Notes: generated by a model not told the origin, from the sequence alone. Numbered from the stretch's first letter, positions 29,224 to 39,495 are shown. The stretch: 64,000 bases of DNA from Chitinophagales bacterium (GCA_046316495.1 JBKDAM010000148.1:2704-66703); one strand, 5' to 3'. Translations and numbers: made by a program.

Positions 29224-29467
29224 AGCTTTATTTGGACTGTAATAGTTAGACGGGTGCAATGAGGAAGGGGCCTAAATCGGAATCGGCATTGCACATTGTT
29301 TGTTGAGGAGCTGCAAAGGTGCTGAAAAAGTAGAATTTCAGATGTGCGTATAACTCTTTTGCCGAAAAAATATTTCAATGGGTGAAACAGGTGTTTCCTT
29401 TGTTGCGTTTTGAAAGTTGGTATGCTTTATGCAGCAATGATTGTTTGTCTGTTTAGTTGAAATATTC

Positions 29468-32152
29468 ATGAAAAAAAGAACACTAATGTTACTTCGGTCT
29501 GTCCCTTTTATTACGGCGGCCTTCGTTTTTGTATTAGGATGTCATCGTGGCGCTCAAAAAAGCCAGACAGCGTCTCCCACAAAACCCGAGGAGCCAACAT
29601 CCTGGGTGGATGTTAAGCCACTAATGGGAGAGGAGGACACCACTCTGGTGGTAGAACAGGTCATTTTGGACCCTATTGAAGTAAATCCAAGTCGTGCAAC
29701 GGATCCAGACACACTTTCTCCCTATAATCCATCCTTTACTCAGCGGCACGATTTAATACATACTCGGATAGATATTTCTTTTGATTGGGCTAAAAGGCAG
29801 GCAAATGGAAAAGCGACTTTAACACTTCGCCCATGGTTTTATTCGACTGATCAGCTTGAGTTAGACGCTAAAAATTTTGATATTCAATTAGTTGAATTAG
29901 AAAAAACCAAACAGCCTCTTGTTTATAAATACGATAACGAGCGTCTTATTATTCAACTCGACCGAATTTATAACCGGCAAGAAGTCTTTTCGGTTGTCAT
30001 ACAATATACGGCAAAGCCAGAGGAGCGAACAGCTGGAGGCAGTGCTGCGATTACCAGTGATAAGGGCCTTTATTTTATTAACCCTGATGGGAAAGAGCCT
30101 GGCAAGCCGCGCCAAATTTGGACGCAAGGAGAGACAGAAAGCAGTTCATATTGGTTTCCAACTATTGATAAACCGAATGAGCGGTGTACACAGGAGATGT
30201 ATATAACGGTAGATCAGCAGTACAAGACACTTTCTAATGGTCTATTGGTGAAGTCAGTTAAAAACACGGATGGAACAAGGACAGATTATTGGAAAATGGA
30301 TCAGCCACATGCCCCCTATTTGTTCATGATGGCCGTTGGAGACTTTTCGGTTGTGAAGGATGTATGGAGAGGAAAGGAGGTATCTTATTATGTAGAGCCT
30401 GCCTATGAGCGGTATGCCCGGGATATTTTTCCACACACTCCAGAAATGCTTTCCTTTTTTTCTCAGAAACTCAATTACGAGTATCCTTGGTCTAAGTATG
30501 CGCAGGTTGTTGTTCGGGATTATGTCAGTGGGGCAATGGAGAATACGACAGCTGTTCTTTTTGGTGAATACATGCAAAAGACGAAACGCGAGTTATTAGA
30601 TGATCATTTGACAAATGAGAAGGTAGTTGCACATGAGATGTTTCACCATTGGTTTGGAGATTTGGTTACTACCGAAAGCTGGGCAAATCTGACCTTAAAT
30701 GAAGGTTTTGCCAATTATTCAGAGTACTTATGGCTGGAGCATAAGTATGGGAAAGATCTTGCCGACTGGCATCTTCAACAGGAGCAACAGGGTTATTTTG
30801 CCATGGCGTCTGACGGGGGGCACCCACTCATTCACTATGGGTATGAGCATAGGGAGGATATGTTTGATGCACACTCTTATAACAAGGGTGGGTGTGTACT
30901 TCACATGTTGCGGCAATATGTGGGAGACGAGGCTTTTTTTGCTGCAATTAATAGTTATCTAAAGCGAAATGAGTACACCTCTGTGGAGGTAGACGAGCTT
31001 CGGATCGCTTTTGAGGATTTGACAGGCATGGATTTAAATTGGTTTTTTAATCAGTGGTTTTTAGGCGCAGGGCATCCTGAGTTGGATATTTCTTACCGGT
31101 GGGACGCGGAGGAGAGCCAAATGGAGGTCACCATTGAGCAAGTGCAACAAGTGGAAAATGGTGTATCCCGTATTTTTCGGTTACCTATGACGGTGGATAT
31201 TTACCTTGATTCTATTGTAGAGCGAAAAAGCATTGAGGTTACCAAGCGCAATCAAATCTTCCGGTTTCCATTAAAAATGGTGCCTAAGTTGGTAAATGTG
31301 GATGCAGATAAAACGTTGTTATGTGTTAAAACAGATCGCCATACGCCTTCCGAGTGGATGTATTTGTATGAAAATGGCAAGTGTTTTAGGGATCGAATGG
31401 AGGCATTCGAAAGTCTTGTTCAGGCAACAGACTCCCTTTCAAAGTCGTTGGCTTCAAATATGCTGTTGAAGGCTTTAAATGATAAAAGTGCGGTCATTAG
31501 AGGAATGGCTCTTAGTATGGTGGATCCCCGTGAGGAGAAAGTTGCCCTCCAAGTTGCCAAGTTGGCTGCTTCAGAAACAGAGCCAACGGTAAGAGCTTCA
31601 GCCATTAGTACTTTGGGTACACTTAGAGATCGTTCCTACTTGCCAGTGTTATTTGCTGCCCTGGAGGGGGAACAGGCCTATAGCATAGTTGGGGCTGCAT
31701 TATCTGCAATGGTCAGCATTGATAGTTCTGCAGCGCTTTTGGCAGCTCGGAAATTGGAAAGTGATTCTTCTTTGGCTTTAGTTACTATATTGGCTGGTAT
31801 ATATACTCAACATTCAGATCCAGTTTTATTACCTTGGTATAGGCGTCATTTAAACAAAGTGGATCAGATGGCTGCTTTTGAGTTTTTTGATCAATATCAG
31901 TCGTTTTTGTTTCGCTTAAACGATGTGAAAGAGTTGGATGTTGCAGTGGAGCAATGGAAAAAAATAGCCTTAACGCCGGAGGAGAACAGCGAGTGGCGTA
32001 GGTTTGCAGCTGCTAAATCAATCGTGTTTACTCGGAACTTTTTTGGTGAGAGGATGGACGAAGAGCGTGTAAAGTACCTCGATCAACTCTTTAATGAAAT
32101 CAAGGAAAGAGAGAAGAGTGAAACACTCCGAATGTACTATGGGCTGTTTTAA
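29468..32152 (+). CDS. M1-family zinc metallopeptidase (aminopeptidase N-like) with C-terminal HEAT/ARM-like region
   Basis: It has the GAMENTTAV exopeptidase motif, HEMFHHWFGD (HExxH) and NEGFANYSEY. The signal/lipoprotein-like N-terminus MKKRTLMLLRSVPFITAAFVFVLGC starts at the ATG at 29468. Confidence 0.85.
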   Translation: MKKRTLMLLRSVPFITAAFVFVLGCHRGAQKSQTASPTKPEEPTSWVDVKPLMGEEDTTLVVEQVILDPIEVNPSRATDPDTLSPYNPSFTQRHDLIHTRIDISFDWAKRQANGKATLTLRPWFYSTDQLELDAKNFDIQLVELEKTKQPLVYKYDNERLIIQLDRIYNRQEVFSVVIQYTAKPEERTAGGSAAITSDKGLYFINPDGKEPGKPRQIWTQGETESSSYWFPTIDKPNERCTQEMYITVDQQYKTLSNGLLVKSVKNTDGTRTDYWKMDQPHAPYLFMMAVGDFSVVKDVWRGKEVSYYVEPAYERYARDIFPHTPEMLSFFSQKLNYEYPWSKYAQVVVRDYVSGAMENTTAVLFGEYMQKTKRELLDDHLTNEKVVAHEMFHHWFGDLVTTESWANLTLNEGFANYSEYLWLEHKYGKDLADWHLQQEQQGYFAMASDGGHPLIHYGYEHREDMFDAHSYNKGGCVLHMLRQYVGDEAFFAAINSYLKRNEYTSVEVDELRIAFEDLTGMDLNWFFNQWFLGAGHPELDISYRWDAEESQMEVTIEQVQQVENGVSRIFRLPMTVDIYLDSIVERKSIEVTKRNQIFRFPLKMVPKLVNVDADKTLLCVKTDRHTPSEWMYLYENGKCFRDRMEAFESLVQATDSLSKSLASNMLLKALNDKSAVIRGMALSMVDPREEKVALQVAKLAASETEPTVRASAISTLGTLRDRSYLPVLFAALEGEQAYSIVGAALSAMVSIDSSAALLAARKLESDSSLALVTILAGIYTQHSDPVLLPWYRRHLNKVDQMAAFEFFDQYQSFLFRLNDVKELDVAVEQWKKIALTPEENSEWRRFAAAKSIVFTRNFFGERMDEERVKYLDQLFNEIKEREKSETLRMYYGLF

Positions 32153-32309
32153 AGTCAAGTAGTTGGGCACTCTTTTTAGGTGAATACAGAATAAAATAAC
32201 CGTAAAAAGCGTTTTATTCAATACTTGGTTGTTTCCCACTTGCCAAGTGTGTTAAATAGTTTTTTTCCTTTTGATGTGGAAGTGGTATTAATTTGAAAAT
32301 TGGACGCTC

Positions 32310-34025
32310 ATGTATCGTATATTCATTTTTTGGCTGTTTTTAGTAACCCTTTTACCTCAGGCTGGAGCCCAGTGCATTTCCGGGGATTGTAAAGATGGGA
32401 AAGGTACGTACGTGTATCCCTCCGGAGCTAAATATACCGGGGAGTTTAAAGGGGGAGAGATTCACGGAGTAGGGGTTTGTTATTATACAGATGGTTCTAA
32501 GTACAGTGGGGAATGGAAGCACCGTTTTCCAGATGGGCGAGGAACGAAGATTTATTCAGACGGCACCAAGCGGACGGGCAATTGGAAGCGGGGTAAGCCA
32601 GTCGATGATCTTGGTAACATTTTAGAAGAGTATATTGCCAAGAAAAAGGAAGAGAATGTGGAAGATGATACCAATATTCAAAGTGGTTGTTTATCTGGAG
32701 ATTGTCAAAATGGTATCGGCTCCTTTGCTTATCCGGATGGAAGCAAATATGAGGGAACGTTTGTTGATGGTAAGTTTTCAGGAGAAGGTCGTTTCACCTT
32801 TGCAAATGGAGATGTATATGAGGGTGCTTTCAAGGATAATTATCCTCATGGACTGGGTAAGCGAACTCATGCAGACAATGTGCCTGCGGAAGAGGGTGAG
32901 TGGAGAGAGGGAGAGTTTATCGGTGCAAATTTGGCTGCGGACGGTAAATTTGGTTGTATTGAAGGAGATTGTGCTTCCGGTACGGGTACTTTTGTGTTCA
33001 AAGAGGGAGTAGCCCGTTACACTGGCCAGTTTATGAACGATCAACCGCATGGTAAAGGGATTTGTACTTATGCGAATGGCGATAAATTTGAGGGAGAATG
33101 GATAGATGGCGCGTTTGGCGGCATGGGTACGCTGACCTTGCGGGATGGAACGGTAGTAAGTGGGTATTGGCAGGGTGGCGAGTATGTTGGACAATTTCCT
33201 CCAGAGGGATATCAAATTGTTCAAGACAGTGTTGGGCAATCTATTGTTCAAGCAACGGAGGAGCCCAGCGACTCAGTGGGATTGGTTTCACCGGAGCTTC
33301 AGACGAAAGTTTGGGCGGTTGTTGTTGGCGTGGCGTCTTATGATCACATGCCTGCATTACGGTACACAGATGATGATGCCTATAGATTTTATGCTTTTTT
33401 GAAAAGTGTGGAGGGGGGTGCATTGCCAGATGATCAAATAAGGATATTAATTGATGAGGCTGCCACTAAAGATAATATTACAGAGTCGATTTTGGATATT
33501 TTTGGACAGGCTGGAGAGAATGATTTAGTTGTTTTCTATTTTTCAGGCCATGGCCTAAATGGCTCTTTTTTACCTATTGACTTCGATGGATTTAATAATA
33601 AACTGGCACACGAGGAACTTGCAAAACACTTTAGTGAATGTAAAGCAAAATTCAAGCTTTGTGTTGCGGATGCCTGTCACTCTGGTAGCTTGATTGCAAT
33701 GAGGTCGGCAGATACAGAGCCTGTTCTAATGCAATACTATCAGACATTGGCAAAATCGGTATCTGGGACAGCCTTATTAATGTCTTCGAAAGGAGACGAG
33801 ACGTCCCTAGAATCTGCTGGATTGCGGCAGGGTGTATTTAGTCATTTTTTAATTCGGGGGTTAAAGGGAGAGGCAGACACGAATGGAGATAAGGTTGTCA
33901 GTGTGAAGGAGCTTTTTGACTATATTTATAGCAATGTTCGTGCTTATACTGGAAACCGGCAAAGCCCCGTTTTAAAAGGTGCATTTGATCCATCGATGCC
34001 TATTGGTGTAACGAGGGGAATTTAA
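32310..34025 (+). CDS. Exported MORN-repeat protein fused to a caspase-like (peptidase C14) domain
   Basis: 571 aa with signal peptide MYRIFIFWLFLVTLLPQAGAQ. Three modules each open with C-[IL]-x-G-D-C-x-x-G-x-G (Cys 22/27, 127/132, 216/221). Each is followed by MORN-like YxGxxxxGxxxGxG repeats. The C-terminal domain has VWAVVVGVASY, FYFSGHG (His414, codon 33549-33551) and VADACHSG (Cys456, codon 33675-33677). Confidence 0.8.
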   Translation: MYRIFIFWLFLVTLLPQAGAQCISGDCKDGKGTYVYPSGAKYTGEFKGGEIHGVGVCYYTDGSKYSGEWKHRFPDGRGTKIYSDGTKRTGNWKRGKPVDDLGNILEEYIAKKKEENVEDDTNIQSGCLSGDCQNGIGSFAYPDGSKYEGTFVDGKFSGEGRFTFANGDVYEGAFKDNYPHGLGKRTHADNVPAEEGEWREGEFIGANLAADGKFGCIEGDCASGTGTFVFKEGVARYTGQFMNDQPHGKGICTYANGDKFEGEWIDGAFGGMGTLTLRDGTVVSGYWQGGEYVGQFPPEGYQIVQDSVGQSIVQATEEPSDSVGLVSPELQTKVWAVVVGVASYDHMPALRYTDDDAYRFYAFLKSVEGGALPDDQIRILIDEAATKDNITESILDIFGQAGENDLVVFYFSGHGLNGSFLPIDFDGFNNKLAHEELAKHFSECKAKFKLCVADACHSGSLIAMRSADTEPVLMQYYQTLAKSVSGTALLMSSKGDETSLESAGLRQGVFSHFLIRGLKGEADTNGDKVVSVKELFDYIYSNVRAYTGNRQSPVLKGAFDPSMPIGVTRGI

Positions 34026-34043
34026 CTACTGAAAAGTGCTAGT

Positions 34044-35282
34044 TTACTCTACCCTACTTTCAACGGAGCCGTTAGCCAACTGGATTTCCAGGAGATCACC
34101 TTTTTGAACATCGGTTGCGTTTCGAATAATTTGACCGTCTTTTAGCGTGATGGAGAACCCTCTCTTTAGGATAGTGTAGGGGGATAGAGCGGTCAATATT
34201 TTTTCTGTATTTGTTAGTAACTGATGTTCTGTTTTTAGCTGGTGTTGAACAGATAAGCTAATTTTTTCCTTCAGTTGCTGGATGGATTGAGACGCCTTTT
34301 GGAGGGTATTATGGGATGCAAATTGGATGGCTAGGTCTAGGGCGTTTATTGCTGAGCCTGCGCCTTGAGTTTGGTAACCTGTTGCCTGTCCAATTTGCTT
34401 AACAAGTTGATTGATATTCATTTCGAATTGTACGGACCGCTCGATTAGAAATTGAGCAGCCGCTGTTGGGGTTTTAAAAGCTAAATGTGCGGTTAGATCT
34501 AGAACTGCTTCGTCTATTTCATGTCCAATTCCGGAGAGAACGGGGATAGGCATATTAGCTACCGTGGCACATAAGTCCTTGCCGTCAAAAGCGATTAGGT
34601 CTAATTTTGAACCGCCGCCCCTTACAATTATTACGGCATCAAATTGATTATGCTGGCGGCTTATTTCATGTAGCGCGGAGATGATTTCTCTTTCAGCATT
34701 TTTCCCCTGAACAGAAGCAAAGAAGTAGGTTTGTTGAAAATTGTAGCCATACCTGTTTTCCTCTAAGTGGGTTTTAAAATCGTGAAAACCAGCAGCTTCT
34801 TGGGAAGTGATTACGGCAATTCGCTGCAAAACGATTGGGAGTTGCAGGTTTGCATTTCGATTAAGAAGGCCCTCTTTTTGTAGCCATTCAATTGTTTGAC
34901 GCCTTTGAAGGGCAGCTACTCCTAGTGTATAGGTAGGGTCTATGTCCCAAACATGTAGTTTCAAACCATATCGCTCATGAAAGCCTACTTTTACCAGCAT
35001 TCGAACCTGCCCTCCAGGTTGGAGCACCTCTTCAGCAATAGGGCCGTGCACGGATTTAATAATTCGGAATTCGCGCTGCCACGTCACTGCCTGGGCTTGG
35101 GCTAGAATTCCAGAGTCGCTTGAACCTTCCGGGTCTGCCTTTTGGACTAGGCTCAAATACAGGTGTCCGTTTGAAAGATTGGATTCGGCTATTTCTGCAG
35201 TTATCCAAACTGGATCGGAGAAGTTGAGGGCAATGACCCGTCGAATATGCTCATTTAAGTCGAATAAGGAATAGGTTTGCAT
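34044..35282 (-). CDS. xseA: Exodeoxyribonuclease VII large subunit
   Basis: 412 aa. The N-terminal OB segment is LNEHIRRVIALNFSDPVWITAEIAESNLSNGHLYLSLVQK. It is followed by IAVITSQEAAGFHDF and IIVRGGGSKLDL. Confidence 0.9.
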   Translation of the reverse strand: MQTYSLFDLNEHIRRVIALNFSDPVWITAEIAESNLSNGHLYLSLVQKADPEGSSDSGILAQAQAVTWQREFRIIKSVHGPIAEEVLQPGGQVRMLVKVGFHERYGLKLHVWDIDPTYTLGVAALQRRQTIEWLQKEGLLNRNANLQLPIVLQRIAVITSQEAAGFHDFKTHLEENRYGYNFQQTYFFASVQGKNAEREIISALHEISRQHNQFDAVIIVRGGGSKLDLIAFDGKDLCATVANMPIPVLSGIGHEIDEAVLDLTAHLAFKTPTAAAQFLIERSVQFEMNINQLVKQIGQATGYQTQGAGSAINALDLAIQFASHNTLQKASQSIQQLKEKISLSVQHQLKTEHQLLTNTEKILTALSPYTILKRGFSITLKDGQIIRNATDVQKGDLLEIQLANGSVESRVE

Positions 35283-35284
35283 GG

Positions 35285-35854
35285 TTATTCGGCAGCTTCC
35301 TTGAGTTGATCGGCTTTTATTTTGCCTTTTGGCACCAGGATTTTCCAGTAGGAGAAGTCCTGATTTGCTTCCAGGCCAAAGCCGTAAATAACCTCACCGG
35401 GGCGGCTAACCTTCACGAACTTGTCTGTTCGAATCTTTGCAGATCGCTCATCCCAGGTAAGCTCTTCTGTTTCAATACGTTCTTGTTTAGCACTATTCAT
35501 TACCACACTATCCCGGGCTATTACTATGCTTTTTTCTTGTTGCCGAACAGCAAATTTGGATGTAAGTGTATTAACAACCTGTTGAGCGGGGTTAAGGAAC
35601 TCTACTTTAATTCCTTCGGGAAACTCTTGCCTTGGATCGGTTCGTTCGGTATAGTTTTTCAGTGTTGGGGCGGTTATTCGGATCCGTACCACTGCGCTGT
35701 CTGAGTATAAAATTTCTACTTGTTCACCGACCTCCACCAGCGTGTCATCTGTTGTATAGTTTGCCTCCACTCTTGCAAGCTTATTTTCACAGGCAAAAAG
35801 GGAAAGGAGGGTCAGGCAGATAGTGGCTCGACGTAAGCTAACGTGATTGATCAT
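35285..35854 (-). CDS. lptC: LPS export system periplasmic protein LptC-like lipoprotein
   Basis: The ATG at 35854 gives MINHVSLRRATICLTLLSLFAC, a lipobox-like N-terminus. The C-terminal pattern TEELTWDERSAKIRTDKFVKVSRPGEVIYGFGLEANQDFSYWKI resembles Bacteroidota LptC. There is an ATGA start/stop overlap with the upstream gene. The stop is 2 nt before xseA. Confidence 0.6.
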   Translation of the reverse strand: MINHVSLRRATICLTLLSLFACENKLARVEANYTTDDTLVEVGEQVEILYSDSAVVRIRITAPTLKNYTERTDPRQEFPEGIKVEFLNPAQQVVNTLTSKFAVRQQEKSIVIARDSVVMNSAKQERIETEELTWDERSAKIRTDKFVKVSRPGEVIYGFGLEANQDFSYWKILVPKGKIKADQLKEAAE

Positions 35855-36354
35855 GCCATTATTTTTTTTAAGGTGAAGCGAACAACCAACAATAATGCGA
35901 TTAAAATTAACAGGAAGTACCCGACTGGAATTGACACCCATGCGATGATGTGCGTACGGTCTATTATGTACATTAGTAAAAGGACAGAGCAGATAAGAAG
36001 CACTAGATTAGAGATTCGTTCGGATCCTGGTATATGTTCGAGTGCCACATTTCTACGAATGGTTGCAATGGTAAGAAACATTGAAAAAACGGGAAGTATT
36101 TGTGTTAAAATATTGGTATTTAGAATGTTACCTCTTTGAAATAAGAACATGTAAATACTTAGAGCGATTGAGAAGATACCAGGAATACAGGTAGCGAATA
36201 TGATAGCGGAGTATAAATAATTCCAAGGGGAAATATGGCCTTGTTCCATACTAATCCAATTGATTGCCCAAGCAAGTGCTGGGAGCGCAAGAAAGTAAGC
36301 GGTTATATAAATTGGATGCTCGCTTAGCAGGTCAACTAGTGCTTGGATAGTCAT
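35851..36354 (-). CDS. Hypothetical integral membrane protein (about 4-5 helices)
   Basis: 167 aa and hydrophobic throughout. It is translationally coupled (ATGA) to the lptC-like gene. Confidence 0.5.
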   Translation of the reverse strand: MTIQALVDLLSEHPIYITAYFLALPALAWAINWISMEQGHISPWNYLYSAIIFATCIPGIFSIALSIYMFLFQRGNILNTNILTQILPVFSMFLTIATIRRNVALEHIPGSERISNLVLLICSVLLLMYIIDRTHIIAWVSIPVGYFLLILIALLLVVRFTLKKIMA

Positions 36355-36426
36355 AATAAACGGTATAAATGAAAGACAAAGTTCGTTTTTCTGATGGATG
36401 CAGTGTCTTTTTTTTGTGTTTAATGT

Positions 36427-37374
36427 TCAACCCCAATTAAATTGGATTTCTGGGTAGTCCGCCTCCAGAGCAGAAATCTTAGTTTGGACTTTTTCGAGGA
36501 AAGCCAGGTGCTGAGATGTATTTGGATTAAAGGGGCGGTGTTCGAGTGCTTGTCTAATTTTTTCAATTTGGGTAATAAGGGCTATGGTTTCTTTTTGGAA
36601 AAAGGTTTGAGCAAAACAGGTTTGCACATACTCAACAGCAAGGTCTGAAGGGTGAATAAGGTCCTTTTCATAAAATCGGTAATCTCTTAAATCATCCATG
36701 ATTAACTCGTAAGCAGGAAAATAGTAGGTGTTTGGGAGGGAATTAGATAGCTCCTCGCAGGCTAGGAGTAAAACGGATTTGCTTCGTTGGTTTTCAATTG
36801 CTCCCATACGGAGGTGGCGAACGGGGCTAACGGTGAGGATAATGTTCAAGTTGGGTCTTTTTTCGCGGAGTTCTTGGAAGGAAGAGCGGAGGATATCGGT
36901 CGTTTCAGAGACACTTAGGCGCTTTCGATCGAAGTGTTTTGCGGGCATTTTGTGGCAGTTTGCTACAATTCTGTTTTGGTTTGCAAGATGGAACACTTCG
37001 GCTGTTCCAAGTGTCAGAATCAGAACATCTGTTTTATTCAGGAATCTGGAAGCGTTTTGATGCAGTTGATGAGCTGTTGCCTTTGCCGAGTTAAGGTCTT
37101 GATGTGCAAATTCAGAATGTAGGTCCCAGTGTCTCCAAATTCCTTCATTTTCAAAAAAGTCGAATTCGTTAAGAGGTTGGGCTTTTGCAGCGGAGGCAAT
37201 AGAGAAGGGGTTGTAGCAAATACCATAGGGGTTAACCAGTACCGAGAACTGGCACCTATTTAGGTAGGTACCGATATGTTTGGTAAAGCAGGAGCCTACT
37301 AATAACAGTTGGTGTTGGTGATGGATCTGAAAGGACGGAGCTGGAATATTGATTAGAGTGCGGAAAACAGACAT
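36427..37374 (-). CDS. GSCFA-family protein
   Basis: 315 aa with the eponymous LLLVGSCFTKHIG motif near the N-terminus. Confidence 0.8.
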   Translation of the reverse strand: MSVFRTLINIPAPSFQIHHQHQLLLVGSCFTKHIGTYLNRCQFSVLVNPYGICYNPFSIASAAKAQPLNEFDFFENEGIWRHWDLHSEFAHQDLNSAKATAHQLHQNASRFLNKTDVLILTLGTAEVFHLANQNRIVANCHKMPAKHFDRKRLSVSETTDILRSSFQELREKRPNLNIILTVSPVRHLRMGAIENQRSKSVLLLACEELSNSLPNTYYFPAYELIMDDLRDYRFYEKDLIHPSDLAVEYVQTCFAQTFFQKETIALITQIEKIRQALEHRPFNPNTSQHLAFLEKVQTKISALEADYPEIQFNWG

Positions 37375-37515
37375 CTAAGGAGTTAAGTAGGTGAGCATTC
37401 AGTCAACAATACGGCAAATAAACGTAGATGTAACCAGATAAAGTTGTTAAATTTACCTGTTTTTTTGACGGTAACACCTTGCCGTAATTACTAAGTCATT
37501 GATTTTGTATTTTTT

Positions 37516-38856
37516 ATGTCCTTTTTGGACCGTTTTTTTCCGAAATTAGTTACCGTACCACCGGATCCGGATGTGGTTTTTGGTCGTTACACAGATGCCT
37601 ACAAAACTGCGTTTCAAAAGGTTTGTTGGACTCGTTCTTTGGAGTTATTTGATAATGGAAAGCCATTGGAGGCGTATGAAGAGCTTTTGAGATTTATGCG
37701 GGATGAGGAAGTAGTCAATGTGGAGTGGGAGATTGTTAATGGTGTCCTTTCGTTTCATTTTTTACAAGGATCGCGTCGTGTAGATGGGAGAGCAGATTCG
37801 GAGCGGATTCGAGTAGAGAGTCGGATTGCTTGGGCGGATGACTTGAATGTAGCATTTATGAGGAGGTTGGCAGAGCAAAATTTCAGGTTGCGGTACTCCC
37901 GATTTGCATTGACGGAAGACAACTGTCTATCGATTGTTTTTGATAGTTCAACGCGGGATGGTGCCCCTATGAAATTGCTTCAGGCATTTAGGGAGCTATC
38001 CATTAATGCTGACAAGCAAGACGATCTGCTTGTGGAAGAGTTTAGGGTATTGAGGAGGGTTGATGAGCCTGGGACTGTTTGGGAGATACCTTTGGAGGAA
38101 AAAAGCATAAAAATTGCCTATTTTAGGAGCGAGGTGACAGCGTTGTTAGAGGCTTTGGCTTTAGGCCAACCCGACCCGGGGCGCTTCCCTGGTGGGTATG
38201 TGTATTTGATGCTGGGTACTGCATTTCGGTTGGACTATTTGATACGCCCAGAGGGATATCTAATGGATTTATTAGAGCGAATTTACCAGCTTTATTTTGC
38301 GAAGGACAGTAGAACTCCTGCTTCTAAAATATTGTTAATGAAAGAGTTGTTTGAGAAAGGTTTGGAGCGTTCGGATGAGCAGCTAGCTGGAGAGCTTTAT
38401 AAAACACGGGCTACCTTTGGGATCAGTCCTGCTGTCGGGCATGATCGAGTTCAAGCGTTATTGGAGGCGGAGCTTCCCAAAATGGATTGGCATATTGAGC
38501 AAAAGCATCCGGAAATTATGGCACTGGCTATTGCCAAATATGCAGTTGGGTATGGACTTTATCATTACTCACCACCTCCACCCGACAAGGCTTTATTTCA
38601 TTTGTTTTTTCAGATTACGGAAGCCTCTTTTTTTCAAGAGTTGGGTTATTCGGTGCCGTTTTGGAGGGCTGAAGGGGGGCTCAATAAGGAGCGGATACTG
38701 GATGCTATTCGTGGTATTGTGAAAATGTGGCGTTCAGAATATCCTGGGTTCAAGTTGGAGTTGAATGAGCTCCGTTTTGAGACATTGCCCTTGTTTGCAA
38801 AGAGTTATTTAACTATGATAAAGAATAGTACTTTAGTAAAGCAGCCTTCACAGTGA
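37516..38856 (+). CDS. Hypothetical protein (446 aa), no recognised domain
   Basis: A long clean ORF with ordinary globular composition. It ends 67 nt upstream of folA on the same strand. Confidence 0.6.
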   Translation: MSFLDRFFPKLVTVPPDPDVVFGRYTDAYKTAFQKVCWTRSLELFDNGKPLEAYEELLRFMRDEEVVNVEWEIVNGVLSFHFLQGSRRVDGRADSERIRVESRIAWADDLNVAFMRRLAEQNFRLRYSRFALTEDNCLSIVFDSSTRDGAPMKLLQAFRELSINADKQDDLLVEEFRVLRRVDEPGTVWEIPLEEKSIKIAYFRSEVTALLEALALGQPDPGRFPGGYVYLMLGTAFRLDYLIRPEGYLMDLLERIYQLYFAKDSRTPASKILLMKELFEKGLERSDEQLAGELYKTRATFGISPAVGHDRVQALLEAELPKMDWHIEQKHPEIMALAIAKYAVGYGLYHYSPPPPDKALFHLFFQITEASFFQELGYSVPFWRAEGGLNKERILDAIRGIVKMWRSEYPGFKLELNELRFETLPLFAKSYLTMIKNSTLVKQPSQ

Positions 38857-38923
38857 TTGATTTGTCATTGGTGGTGGGTAAATTGTGAGCTTGTTTTATT
38901 CGTAATATAGAAATGGATGAACT

Positions 38924-39421
38924 ATGATTATTTCAGCGATAGTTGCTGTTGGTAAAGGAGGGGTTATTGGTAGAGATAATGAAATTCCTTGGTATTTACC
39001 AGCTGATCTAGCTTATTTCAAGCGGGTTACACTCAATCACTGCGTGATTATGGGTCGGCGCACTTTTGAAAGCATAGGTCGACCCCTGCCTAAGCGTATC
39101 AATATTGTTGTTACGAGGGATCCATTTTTTACTGCCACCGGAGTGGTGGTTTCGCATACGTTAGAGGAGGCGCTTGGGATGGCTTATGATACAGGTGAGG
39201 TGGAGGCTTTTATCATTGGGGGCGGACAGATTTACAATGAAAGTGCGCCACTTTGGGATCGAATTTATCTTACAGAGGTGGATGTTCAAGTAGATGGAAC
39301 GGTGTATTTCCCCGAAATAGATCTGGCAGAGTGGGTGGAGGTAAGTCGAATCGATTGTCTTGCGGATGAGAAAAATGAATACGGTTATAGTTTTAAAATA
39401 TTGGATCGAAAAAACGAGTGA
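38924..39421 (+). CDS. folA: Dihydrofolate reductase
   Basis: 165 aa. Motifs: IGRDNEIPWYLPADLAYFKRVTLNHCVIMGRRTFESIGRPLPKRINIVVTR and FIIGGGQIY. Confidence 0.9.
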   Translation: MIISAIVAVGKGGVIGRDNEIPWYLPADLAYFKRVTLNHCVIMGRRTFESIGRPLPKRINIVVTRDPFFTATGVVVSHTLEEALGMAYDTGEVEAFIIGGGQIYNESAPLWDRIYLTEVDVQVDGTVYFPEIDLAEWVEVSRIDCLADEKNEYGYSFKILDRKNE

Positions 39422-39467
39422 AAATATTTCCAGCCGTTTTAGCTGCAAAAATGTCCTGTTTTTTTTA

Positions 39468-39475
39468 TAATTTTG
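39468..39475 (+). promoter_or_regulatory. Candidate Bacteroidota -7 promoter element (TAnnTTTG)
   Basis: TAATTTTG lies 21 nt before the 39496 ATG and 81 nt before the alternative 39556 ATG. This is a motif match only. Confidence 0.25.
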
Positions 39476-39495
39476 CACCCTGATTTGCCAAGTCA

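Noticed and set aside
32778-33251. 157-aa minus-strand ORF and the 125-aa plus-strand alternative-frame ORF (32635..33012) within the MORN region
   Set aside because: Repetitive Gly/Tyr/Asp codons of the MORN modules keep other frames open by chance. The annotated frame carries the repeats and continues into the caspase domain.
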